DNA of 64,000 nucleotides from Candidatus Bathyarchaeia archaeon (GCA_038883795.1 JAVZLK010000003.1:32001-96000), one strand, 5' to 3'; numbered from the stretch's first letter, positions 9,270 to 17,094 are shown. Made by a program: numbers and translations. The notes: a model not told the origin generated them from the sequence alone.

Positions 9270-9833
9270 ATGGCTGAAAAAGAAAAAGTTAACGTTAACC
9301 TTTCACACGCTTCAAAGCTTCTCCACCCCATGCACACAGTGCTCGTCTCTTGCGTCGGCAAGGCTGGAAAACCAAACATAATAACTTTGGCGTGGGCTAT
9401 GCCAACATCCATAAACCCGCCGCTGGTTGCCATAAGCATTGCTCCACGAAGATATTCGCATGCGCTCATCGAAGAGACAGAAGAGTTTGTAATCAACATT
9501 CCGACAATGGAAATATTGAGGGAAACCCTGTTTTGCGGAAGAAGAAGCGGTAGAAACCTTGACAAGTTTAAGGAAACTGGCTTAACGCCAGCACCAGCCA
9601 GAAAAGTGAAGCCTCCAATAATAAAGGAGTGCATAGCCCATCTAGAATGTAAACTTCACAGTCAATTTACGACCGGAGATCACACGATTTTTGTTGGTGA
9701 AATAGTTGAGGCGTATGCGGAAAAAGAAGTTTTCAAAGAATTATACAATTTAGAAAAAGCAAGGATGATATTTCATCTTGGCGGAGACGAATTCGCAACC
9801 CTCGAACCCAAAGTTTTCAAGCCAACAATTTAA
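9270..9833 (+). CDS. Flavin reductase (flavoredoxin) family protein
   Basis: EFVINIP, CGRRSGR..DKF, LECK, GDHTIFVGEIV. Confidence 0.88.
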   Translation: MAEKEKVNVNLSHASKLLHPMHTVLVSCVGKAGKPNIITLAWAMPTSINPPLVAISIAPRRYSHALIEETEEFVINIPTMEILRETLFCGRRSGRNLDKFKETGLTPAPARKVKPPIIKECIAHLECKLHSQFTTGDHTIFVGEIVEAYAEKEVFKELYNLEKARMIFHLGGDEFATLEPKVFKPTI

Positions 9834-10501
9834 AACTGATAGCTTTCGCCAGGCTTCAGTACAACAACTTTTACTCTCTGCACTTTTTCTTTGGCAATTT
9901 TCACAAATTCGTCTGCTGACTGCGCCAGAACCGGGAAGGTTTTGTAATGCATTGGGATGACCACTTTTGGCTTAAGCAGTTTAACGGCTTCAACAGCCTC
10001 CTTCGCATTCATTGTGTAGTAGCCTCCGATTGGAATCAAAGCTAAATCTGGCTTGTGAAAATCGCCTATAAACTGCATGTCTCCGAAAAAGGCTGTGTCT
10101 CCAGCATGATAAACGGTTTTGCCTTCTCCTTGAATTATCACACCTGTTGGTGCGCCTCTGGAGCATGTGTGAACTGCTGGAACAATGGAAAGCTTTACTC
10201 CTTTGATTTCTATTGTTCCGCCAAAATTCAATCCAACAGCATTTTTCACGTTGTTTTCTTTTGCATGGTTGGCAAGTTCCACCACGCCAGCAAAAGTTGC
10301 ATCCGTCCTTTTGCAAATGGCGAAGGCTTCCCCTAAATGGTCTCCATGGTCATGGGTAACGAAAACTATGTCCGCCTTGCTTATTTCCGAAGCCTTCACT
10401 GGCGAGGTTGGGTTTCCATCAAGCCAAGGGTCGACCAAAACAATTTTGTCTGCAATTTCAATTTTGAAGGCTGCATGTCCAAACCATGTTATCTTAGCCA
10501 A
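9830..10501 (-). CDS. UPF0173 metal-dependent hydrolase (metallo-beta-lactamase fold)
   Basis: WFGHAAF, THDHGDH, YHAGDT, PIGG, IPMHY. Confidence 0.88.
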   Translation of the reverse strand: MAKITWFGHAAFKIEIADKIVLVDPWLDGNPTSPVKASEISKADIVFVTHDHGDHLGEAFAICKRTDATFAGVVELANHAKENNVKNAVGLNFGGTIEIKGVKLSIVPAVHTCSRGAPTGVIIQGEGKTVYHAGDTAFFGDMQFIGDFHKPDLALIPIGGYYTMNAKEAVEAVKLLKPKVVIPMHYKTFPVLAQSADEFVKIAKEKVQRVKVVVLKPGESYQF

Positions 10502-10571
10502 ATACACCACCCTTTAAATTAAACTTTTAAACTATAACATGGTTAGCATTAATAAAAATAGTGTGAAATCA

Positions 10572-11477
10572 ATGAGTGTTTATGACAAAGAAGCCCTAAA
10601 AAAACTTCGGTTGTCTGGAAAAATCCTCCGTGAAACAAGGGAGGAAATAAAAAATTTCGTGCAAGAAGACATGCCAATAATCCAAATATGCGAAAAAGCA
10701 GAAAACCTCATACGCAAGAAAGGCGGAAAACCAGCCTTCCCATGTAACGTTTCAATAAACGAAATAGCAGCACATTACACGTCACCTCCAAATGATGAAC
10801 GTAAAATTCCAAAAAACTCCCTTGTCAAAGTGGACATAGGCGTCCACGTAGACGGTTATGTAACAGACACGGCAGTTACATTATGTTTTAACCCAGAATA
10901 CGAAAGCCTCGTGGAAACGGCTGAACAAGCATTAAAAACAGCCATAGAAAACATCCGCCCAGAAATTTCCACATCAAAATTAGGCGCTATTATAGAGAAA
11001 ACCATAAAATCCCGCGGTTTCAAACCAATTTCAAACTTAACTGGGCATCAAGTTGGCAGATATCTTGTGCATGCTGGCACATCAATCCCAAACGTTTCCC
11101 AATTGTCATTCTCAAAAATTAAATTGGGCGAAGTTTACGCCATTGAACCCTTCGTAACTCTTTCAGAGGCTGCTGGTCGAGTAAAAGACGGCGAAGAAGT
11201 CACAATTTTCCGTTTTCTCAAATCAAGGTCGCTAAAAAATCCATATTCCAAAAAGCTTCTAAAGCATATCGAGAAAAACTTTAGAACATTGCCCTTTGCA
11301 GAACGCTGGTTAAAAAACGTGGTTCCACAAACCCATTATCCAGAAGCCTTCAAAGAATTAATAGTTTCCAAATCCATAATGGGCTATCCAGTATTCATCG
11401 AAGCCAGCAGAAAACCCGTGGCACAAGCCGAACACACAGTTTTGATAGTTGAAGACGGTTGTGTTGTCCTCACCTAA
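10572..11477 (+). CDS. map: Type II methionine aminopeptidase
   Basis: AFPCNVSINEIAAHY, KVDIGVHVDGYVTDTA, NLTGH, AIEPF, AQAEHT. Confidence 0.96.
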   Translation: MSVYDKEALKKLRLSGKILRETREEIKNFVQEDMPIIQICEKAENLIRKKGGKPAFPCNVSINEIAAHYTSPPNDERKIPKNSLVKVDIGVHVDGYVTDTAVTLCFNPEYESLVETAEQALKTAIENIRPEISTSKLGAIIEKTIKSRGFKPISNLTGHQVGRYLVHAGTSIPNVSQLSFSKIKLGEVYAIEPFVTLSEAAGRVKDGEEVTIFRFLKSRSLKNPYSKKLLKHIEKNFRTLPFAERWLKNVVPQTHYPEAFKELIVSKSIMGYPVFIEASRKPVAQAEHTVLIVEDGCVVLT

Positions 11478-11896
11478 AAGGGAAAGCGCTCCCTTTCCTT
11501 CTCTTTAACTTCTCTGTAAATTGCCGTTATCAGCATTTTTTCATTACATTTTTGGCATGGCTCAACTTCCTTGAATATGTAATCGCCCCGCTGAAACTCT
11601 CTGACGCTTTTGAAGCCGCATTTTCTACACTCAATCGTAGTCGTTATCTGGGGAAGTTCAATCCTCAAACTCAATATTCGCCTTCTTGTTTGAAACAGCA
11701 GGTATGTGGAAAAGGCTACGCCCAAGAAGCCTATCAATAAGAGGTATCCAGCAAAAACTTCTTGTTCAGCAATAAAGGCGTTTATTGCCACTATAAGAAC
11801 CGTTAAAGACAATGCTAAAGTTACAAAAATTATCATCAATATGAATGAAGAGATTCTTGCTGGTGCAGACGCTGAAGCCTTACTCATTTCAATCAT
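11474..11896 (-). CDS. Membrane protein with two TM helices and a C-terminal zinc ribbon
   Basis: Two hydrophobic stretches, then CRKC...CQKC with REFQRGDYIFK. Confidence 0.75.
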   Translation of the reverse strand: MIEMSKASASAPARISSFILMIIFVTLALSLTVLIVAINAFIAEQEVFAGYLLLIGFLGVAFSTYLLFQTRRRILSLRIELPQITTTIECRKCGFKSVREFQRGDYIFKEVEPCQKCNEKMLITAIYREVKEKERERFPF

Positions 11897-11898
11897 CT

Positions 11899-13023
11899 CT
11901 ACTGTCCAATACCGATAGTATTGCCAGCCCCAGCAATTATCACCTTGTCCCCTTCCTTAGTCCTTTCCAAAATAACATGCTTTATCCTCTCAATAGCATT
12001 ATCAACCGCGTCAAAAATCTCTTTACGCATTGGTGAAACTGCATCACCAATATCCTCTTTTATTATCACAGCGTTTATTGGAATACGATATTTGAGAATT
12101 GATTCTTCAATCTTGAATTGGTCAACTCCAGGTCCGCCTATGGCTGTTCCAACACCCTCAGCAACTTCGCCGACCTCTTCGCCTTCAAGCTTCAAGGCAG
12201 CATCCACCATAATTATCGTAGCAATTTTTCCCTCATTTTCCTCTATTATTGTTTTAATGGCGTCCCCAATTTTGCCAACATTTCCTCCGGGTCCCTCTGC
12301 TTTTATAACGTAGGCTGTGCGTCCCTCTATTGGAACTGTTGCAACAACACAGTCTTTAGGTAGTTTTCTTATTTCGTGCCCGTGCATAAGTTTTGCTGCC
12401 ACCATGGCGCCTGCCCCGTCACCTATTGGTTGACCGTAGGCGAAGGCTTTTAATGCGCTGGCGTAGGCTTCTGCTTCCCGCATAACCAGAGGCAATATCA
12501 TTTGCAATTGCATTATGACGTAGAGGCTTAATGTTTTCTTTCCAAGCAAATAATAATGCCTAATCACCTTGTAAATGTAGTTTAACGCCATAGCAGCTTC
12601 CAGAGTGTTCTCCAAATTGTTGGCTTGCGTTTCATCCGCCGCTGGAGCCATAAGCTTCACTTCATCCTTGAAGCGAGCATCCCTAACGTCAAGAATATGC
12701 TCAAGCTTCCAAACAACACCTGCGGGGTCAAGACTTTGCGGCGCAATTGTAAAGTATTCTAGAAATCTGTCAACTCTGCTGGCGGGTTCCGTCTGCGGTT
12801 TTCCAATTTCTTTAATGGTTTCTATGGCGATTTTTCTTCCTTCATCCTTTATATATTTGAGTTTGTAAAGGGAGCTTTCCACCTCTCTCAGCGTCACTTG
12901 CAGTTGGATTCTCTGTCCATAAAATATGAAAAATACGAAGAAGAGAATGTAGAGAATGCTTATAATCTGTGATAAATCAATCTGCAGCAACACTATTCCC
13001 AAGAGCATCATTAATTCAAACAC
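11899..13023 (-). CDS. DUF1512 family protein
   Basis: N-terminal TM; PIGDGAG, KAEGPG, MVDAALKLEGE, GAGNTIGIGQ C-terminus. Confidence 0.82.
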   Translation of the reverse strand: MFELMMLLGIVLLQIDLSQIISILYILFFVFFIFYGQRIQLQVTLREVESSLYKLKYIKDEGRKIAIETIKEIGKPQTEPASRVDRFLEYFTIAPQSLDPAGVVWKLEHILDVRDARFKDEVKLMAPAADETQANNLENTLEAAMALNYIYKVIRHYYLLGKKTLSLYVIMQLQMILPLVMREAEAYASALKAFAYGQPIGDGAGAMVAAKLMHGHEIRKLPKDCVVATVPIEGRTAYVIKAEGPGGNVGKIGDAIKTIIEENEGKIATIIMVDAALKLEGEEVGEVAEGVGTAIGGPGVDQFKIEESILKYRIPINAVIIKEDIGDAVSPMRKEIFDAVDNAIERIKHVILERTKEGDKVIIAGAGNTIGIGQ

Positions 13024-13108
13024 TATTACCAGCTCACCTTTCGAAAAACTATCAAACGCTTAGTTATAAATTTTAGGTAATTTTCCTCCAAATTTAAACA
13101 CTATAAGT

Positions 13109-13234
13109 GGGGCTGCCAGCTTTCCCGGCTTCGCGTGGCCGAAGACCACACTACAACCGGGAACGGAGCACGGTTTAACTTCTGAGTTCGGAATGGGATC
13201 AGGTGGGTCCCGTGCCCTATGGCCGGCAAACCCC
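13109..13234 (-). rRNA. rrf: 5S ribosomal RNA, stand-alone (mature ends approximate)
   Basis: GGCCATAG...CACCTGATCCCATTCCGAACTCAGAAGTTAAAC core; complementary ends; BRE/TATA-like CGAAAAGTTAAT about 30 nt upstream. Confidence 0.96.
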
Positions 13235-13273
13235 AAAATACACGTTAAGCCTTTGCTCATTAACTTTTCGCTT

Positions 13274-14203
13274 TTAGCCTTTTTCTTTAATGATGGCTTC
13301 CCATATTCCGAAGCCGCCTACAGTTTCTGGGCGTTCTACCGGGTTATACCATCTTTTCTTTGTCCCAATTTTCGCCCGCATCTTCCACCCAAAAGATTTC
13401 GGCTCCTTCTCTATAATCTCTAATAAATTGTCTATTTTTTGGATTATCTCTTCTCGGTCTTCCTTTTTGATTTGTTTTGGGTCTATGTTGGCTTCGGAAC
13501 CAAATTTTTCGATTTCTGAAAGGAATATTTTGATTTTCTTGAGGTTTGATGTAGCTGTATACCAGAGTCCCCAGTCTTGAGCTAAAAGTTTTGCAATATA
13601 TAATGCGTCTATGCTTTCCTTTTCGCCTTTTTCTTTTATAGCGTGCGCTTTTAGCAGAAGTAAACAGTCTTTTAGGTCTTTTACGCTGAAGGCTTCCCAA
13701 ATCTGCAACTTCTCCAATAGCATGTCCGTCACGGTTATTGTGGGATAATCGAGTTCCAGTCTTCCCCTAAAATCAATGGGATGATTTGCCACCAACAACT
13801 TGTCAAAGAAAACATCCACGTAAAACCAGCCCTTCGGATGATAATATATCTGCCTTCCAGACGCCGCCGTGGAAAGCGTTATTTTCCTTTTAACATAGCC
13901 AATTTTGTCAAAGAAATCTTTCATTTTATCCCTATAACTGCCATAAGAGACAAAATCAATATCGCTATATTCTTGCCCCTCAATAACTCCGGTGCCAATC
14001 CTACCCAATTTCTGCGCAAAATCCCTATATTCTTGACAGTGAACTGCTATGCCCAACCCACCCAAAATCCTCAAAATTAACCCCTCCTGTCGGGTTTTCT
14101 CAACGATCTCTTGGGATTCACGCAAGAAAACCTCTGTGGGAACAATCCCCCTCCATTCTTCTGGCAGTTCCCGCTTAATTTCCTTTTTCAAAAGCCAAGC
14201 CAT
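13274..14203 (-). CDS. Putative nucleotidyltransferase-fold protein
   Basis: RILGGLGIAVH...YSDIDFV...VDVFFD resembles the hG[GS]..DhD..hD NTase motif; LLEKLQI...KDLKD. Confidence 0.6.
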   Translation of the reverse strand: MAWLLKKEIKRELPEEWRGIVPTEVFLRESQEIVEKTRQEGLILRILGGLGIAVHCQEYRDFAQKLGRIGTGVIEGQEYSDIDFVSYGSYRDKMKDFFDKIGYVKRKITLSTAASGRQIYYHPKGWFYVDVFFDKLLVANHPIDFRGRLELDYPTITVTDMLLEKLQIWEAFSVKDLKDCLLLLKAHAIKEKGEKESIDALYIAKLLAQDWGLWYTATSNLKKIKIFLSEIEKFGSEANIDPKQIKKEDREEIIQKIDNLLEIIEKEPKSFGWKMRAKIGTKKRWYNPVERPETVGGFGIWEAIIKEKG

Positions 14204-14289
14204 TCCCTAATCCTCACCATTCCTATAAAAATAAGAATAACGCATATATTTTATCCTTCCAGTAAATCTAATGCCACAAAACAAAACAG

Positions 14290-14460
14290 GGGGCCGTAGT
14301 CTAGGAAGGTATGACGACGGGCTCCAGAATAGCCTAAAACGGGTTTGCGGACTGCACCATGCGGAATGAAGAAATTCTGGAGCGGTCATAGAGAAACCCG
14401 TAGGAACAGTCAAGCGCTGTTTCCGGGGAAAGGTCGTCGGTTCAAATCCGGCCGGCCCCA
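14290..14460 (+). tRNA. tRNA-Trp(CCA) with two introns (14328-14395 at 37/38; 14402-14430 at about 43/44)
   Basis: Acceptor GGGGCCG/CGGCCCC; anticodon stem ACGGG/CCCGT with loop CTCCAGA; T arm GTCGG-TTCAAAT-CCGGC; a canonical cloverleaf forms only after both inserts are removed. Confidence 0.93.
14328..14395 (+). ncRNA. C/D-box-like guide RNA nested in tRNA-Trp intron 1
   Basis: ACGGGTTT is complementary to AAACCCGT and is followed by D'-like CGGA; C'-like ATGAAGA; TTCTGGAGC is complementary to GCTCCAGAA. Confidence 0.75.
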
Positions 14461-14590
14461 CATTTTTAAGCAATTTCAAAGCAACGTTTAAGCGGCGGCT
14501 TCGCAAAAACAGAGCAAAAAACTTGCCTTTTTAGATTAACTACTTAGCATTAGAAATTAGATAACAGGTTAGCCGTTTAAATTTTACAAA
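14446..14590 (+). repeat. att core (tRNA 3' end) plus left arm, copy 1
   Basis: Ungapped direct repeat of 15886-16030 at offset 1440; first ~87 bp differ at only 2 positions. Confidence 0.92.
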
Positions 14591-14617
14591 CAGCCCCCAT
14601 TTGTTAGCTGGCTACTA

Positions 14618-15016
14618 TCACCAAATACGTTTGACGCCCATCTTATCAAAAGCTGAATCAGTTGATATCACATCTGCATTGTACATTTTCGCAGCTGCGG
14701 CTATTAAAACATCAAATAGTCCTCCATGTGCCCTTCTATTTGCTGCCATATGCTCCGCTTCCGCTATAATAGAAGCTTCTGTGGGTATCAGCTTCTGTTT
14801 AGGAATTATTAACGCGATATTTCTAAAAATTCTCTCCCTCTGGGATGGTGGAAATTTACGTTTTCTTAGGACCAGATTGCATTCGTGCAGAGTTAAACAT
14901 AAGACAAAAATGTCATTAGCAGTACGGACCGAATAAAGATGTTGAACCGCTTTATTAAATAATGGATGCATTGGGTCAAGGGATGCTATTAAAACAACAG
15001 TATCAAGAATCTTCAA
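14618..15016 (-). CDS. vapC: PIN-domain ribonuclease (VapC-like toxin)
   Basis: ILDTVVLIA, TLHEC, FDVLIAAAA, VISTDSAFD: acidic PIN tetrad. Confidence 0.9.
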   Translation of the reverse strand: MKILDTVVLIASLDPMHPLFNKAVQHLYSVRTANDIFVLCLTLHECNLVLRKRKFPPSQRERIFRNIALIIPKQKLIPTEASIIAEAEHMAANRRAHGGLFDVLIAAAAKMYNADVISTDSAFDKMGVKRIW

Positions 15017-15287
15017 GATTATCTTCCTTGCCGAATATTAAAGATAAGTATTCCTCAGCTTCATGATCTTCTTCTTTCCAATCCTTTAGCCGACCTTTCA
15101 CAATGGAATGCGTGTCAAGAATCGCCAATAAGAATAATTTATCGGGTAACCTTGAAAGAAGTTTTATCATTGCCTTGTTAATCGATGCGTAGGATTCAGC
15201 AGTGCTTTTCACACTGATTTCTAGCAGAGAATTTTCTAAGCCGCGAACGCGTTCAAAGGGAGCTGGAAGTTTTTCAACGATCCACAT
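15003..15287 (-). CDS. Small protein overlapping the vapC start; putative VapB-like antitoxin
   Basis: Position directly upstream of the PIN gene; acidic tail WKEEDHEAEEYL resembles archaeal VapB C-termini. Confidence 0.55.
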   Translation of the reverse strand: MWIVEKLPAPFERVRGLENSLLEISVKSTAESYASINKAMIKLLSRLPDKLFLLAILDTHSIVKGRLKDWKEEDHEAEEYLSLIFGKEDNLEDS

Positions 15288-15693
15288 CGCCCTTTCTTTC
15301 TCCTTTTTGCTCTGTCATTTCCTGCATTTTCTTAAGGTCCTCTGCAAGAGATTTTAAGTTTTCGCCTAACTCTATTTTTTCCTCCGCAGAAATATCCATA
15401 ATCTTGTTAATTTTGGGTAAATAAGTATTCAATTTCATTAGTACCTGAATGAAGAAACCTAAAATCTCCGGAGGAGTTTCTTGCGAAATTTTGCCTAAAA
15501 GTTCCATAGAGTATTTCATAGCCTTTGTGGACGTTAAAAAATCATAGGCGGCTCGCTGATCCCTTTGAATCTCACCTATCTTTCTTGCAAAATCTCCATA
15601 AGCTTCCAATAAGTTAGTTATCACTTGGAAGATGCTACGGAAATCAATTTGTGAGAGTAATTTTTCTAATTCCTCCCTTTCACTTTCAGTCAT
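15274..15693 (-). CDS. Hypothetical alpha-helical protein (cassette 1 cargo)
   Basis: ORF with GGAGG SD before ATG (MTESER); overlaps the next gene. Confidence 0.65.
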   Translation of the reverse strand: MTESEREELEKLLSQIDFRSIFQVITNLLEAYGDFARKIGEIQRDQRAAYDFLTSTKAMKYSMELLGKISQETPPEILGFFIQVLMKLNTYLPKINKIMDISAEEKIELGENLKSLAEDLKKMQEMTEQKGERKGDVDR

Positions 15694-15856
15694 GATAATT
15701 TCCTCCAAACTAAATTTGTTAAAACACCTTTTTTATGTTTTGTATTCTAAATTCATTTTGTAAAACCCCGCAACTATATTAAGTATTTGCCTTTCTAAAA
15801 GTATTGTTAGTTTAATAAAATCGAGGTTTTAATTGATTTTGGCATAAATTCAACAG

Positions 15857-16030
15857 TTGTAAATTTTAAACGTAGGTTTTCATCTATCCGGCCGGCCCCA
15901 CATTTTTAAGCAATTTCAAAACAACGTTTAAGCAGCGGCTTCGCAAAAACAGAGCAAAAAACTTGCCTTTTTCAAGTTGGCATCCAATAGGCGAAACTAA
16001 GAAATAGTTTGGTCGTTTGAATTTTACAAA
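15857..16030 (+). repeat. Cassette junction: right arm, att core and left arm copy 2 (attP-like)
   Basis: TTGTAAATTTTAAACGTAGGTTTTCATCT + ATCCGGCCGGCCCCA + repeat of 14461-14590. Confidence 0.9.
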
Positions 16031-16034
16031 AAGG

Positions 16035-16598
16035 TTAGGCTGGATATCTCTTTTCTTCAATGATGTTTCCTGCGACAGTTATCAAGATGTTGTTTCCGTT
16101 TATGGATACTACGCTATGTTTTCTTTCCATGTTGTAGAATCGCCAAAACTTTTCTGGAATTTTCAGTAATATTTTGTTCTCAGCTTTTTGTATTGGAATT
16201 TTTTCCAGAAAACAAGAGATTTCCTTCCATTCTGGCATTTCGCTGCCAGAAATTCCTATCGTTGAACTGTCTAATGCGTAAACGTAAGCGTATTCATTCC
16301 AAGCAGGGTTGGCTGCTTCTAGTAGTTCGGCTGATACTTCTATTACGTCTTTAGGTTTTTTTTCCTCCTTTGGATAGACAAGGTTTACTCGTCGGCCGTT
16401 CCTTTCGAGAACTTTAATTACAATTTTCCCTTCGTTCAAAAGCCTCCTTATTGAACCATCAACGCGGCCAGTCTTCCACTTCAGCTTTTTCCCCAACTCG
16501 TATTGAGAAAGCCCTGGAAACTGCTTTATAGTTTTCAGTAGGATTTCGTCTGATTCTTCGCCTCTTCGGTTCTTTTTCATCTCCGTTATTTCAATCAT
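16035..16598 (-). CDS. Winged-helix DNA-binding protein with a possible C-terminal AbrB-like domain
   Basis: ILLKTIKQFPGLSQYELGKKLKWKTGRVDGSIRRLLNEGKI (wHTH); LLKIPEKFWRFYNM (AbrB-like). Confidence 0.75.
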   Translation of the reverse strand: MIEITEMKKNRRGEESDEILLKTIKQFPGLSQYELGKKLKWKTGRVDGSIRRLLNEGKIVIKVLERNGRRVNLVYPKEEKKPKDVIEVSAELLEAANPAWNEYAYVYALDSSTIGISGSEMPEWKEISCFLEKIPIQKAENKILLKIPEKFWRFYNMERKHSVVSINGNNILITVAGNIIEEKRYPA

Positions 16599-16792
16599 AA
16601 TTTACTCACAGTCTCTTTCTGTCTCTCACTCTTTATGTTGTTGTTGGGATATTTAAATTTTTGGAATATTCCAAAAAGCTATACCATTAAGCACAAATAT
16701 CATAAGCCTTGCTAAATAGTATCTATGTTCCGATTCCAGCCACGAAAACGATGCTACCTCGGTCCAATAAAGCTTGATTCCCAACCAATCAG

Positions 16793-17008
16793 ATGGATAA
16801 GGATCATAGAAGCTTCGCAAGCAGAGAATGGATTGAAGGCCAAGTAAGATATGGCGAATGGATAAGCGACCACGGCAAGCCAAACCACTTCCAGATATAC
16901 ACAATAGTTTATGAAGGGACAAAGCCTATAACAGTCTTAATTAAGATAAAATTGCAACCCCAACAAGTTCTTGTTTATCATGCGCATGTTGTGCGAAAGA
17001 GAAAATAG
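16793..17008 (+). CDS. Small basic hypothetical protein, possibly the 3' part of a frameshifted gene starting at 16725
   Basis: 71-aa ORF that fills the cassette and stops just before the right arm; beta-rich C-terminus VLVYHAH. Confidence 0.5.
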   Translation: MDKDHRSFASREWIEGQVRYGEWISDHGKPNHFQIYTIVYEGTKPITVLIKIKLQPQQVLVYHAHVVRKRK

Positions 17009-17020
17009 GTTATCTTAAGA

Positions 17021-17063
17021 TTGTAAGATTTAAACGTAAGTTTTCATCTATCCGGCCCCACCA
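17021..17063 (+). repeat. Right arm copy 2 plus distal att core (displaced tRNA 3' end with CCA)
   Basis: TTGTAAGATTTAAACGTAAGTTTTCATCTATCCGG-CCCCA-CCA matches 15857-15900 with 3 substitutions and a CCGG deletion. Confidence 0.88.
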
Positions 17064-17094
17064 AGGCATAAACAGTCCAAAAATTTAAAATTCT

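Larger units (their letters stand above)
14461..15900. mobile_element. Non-autonomous tRNA-integrated mini-cassette 1 (1440 bp)
   Basis: Bounded by two copies of ATCCGGCCGGCCCCA; internal 16-bp inverted repeats at 14574-14589 and 15857-15872; PIN-toxin cargo; no integrase. Confidence 0.8.
15901..17060. mobile_element. Non-autonomous tRNA-integrated mini-cassette 2 (1160 bp)
   Basis: Same arms and inverted repeats (16014-16029, 17021-17036) as cassette 1 but different cargo; ends in a third core with a 4-bp deletion. Confidence 0.8.

Noticed and set aside
13060-13260. 66-aa ORF
   Set aside because: It is a translation of the 5S rRNA gene.
14207-14506. 99-aa ORF on the minus strand
   Set aside because: Antisense translation of tRNA-Trp (GPAGFEPTT is a typical tRNA shadow).
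16653-16922. 89-aa minus-strand ORF in cassette 2
   Set aside because: Overlaps the more protein-like plus-strand ORF and has no motif; not fully excluded.
14446-17063. Repeats as a CRISPR array, IS element or provirus
   Set aside because: Units exceed 1 kb and contain genes, the repeat core is the tRNA 3' end, and there are no cas, transposase, integrase or virion genes.
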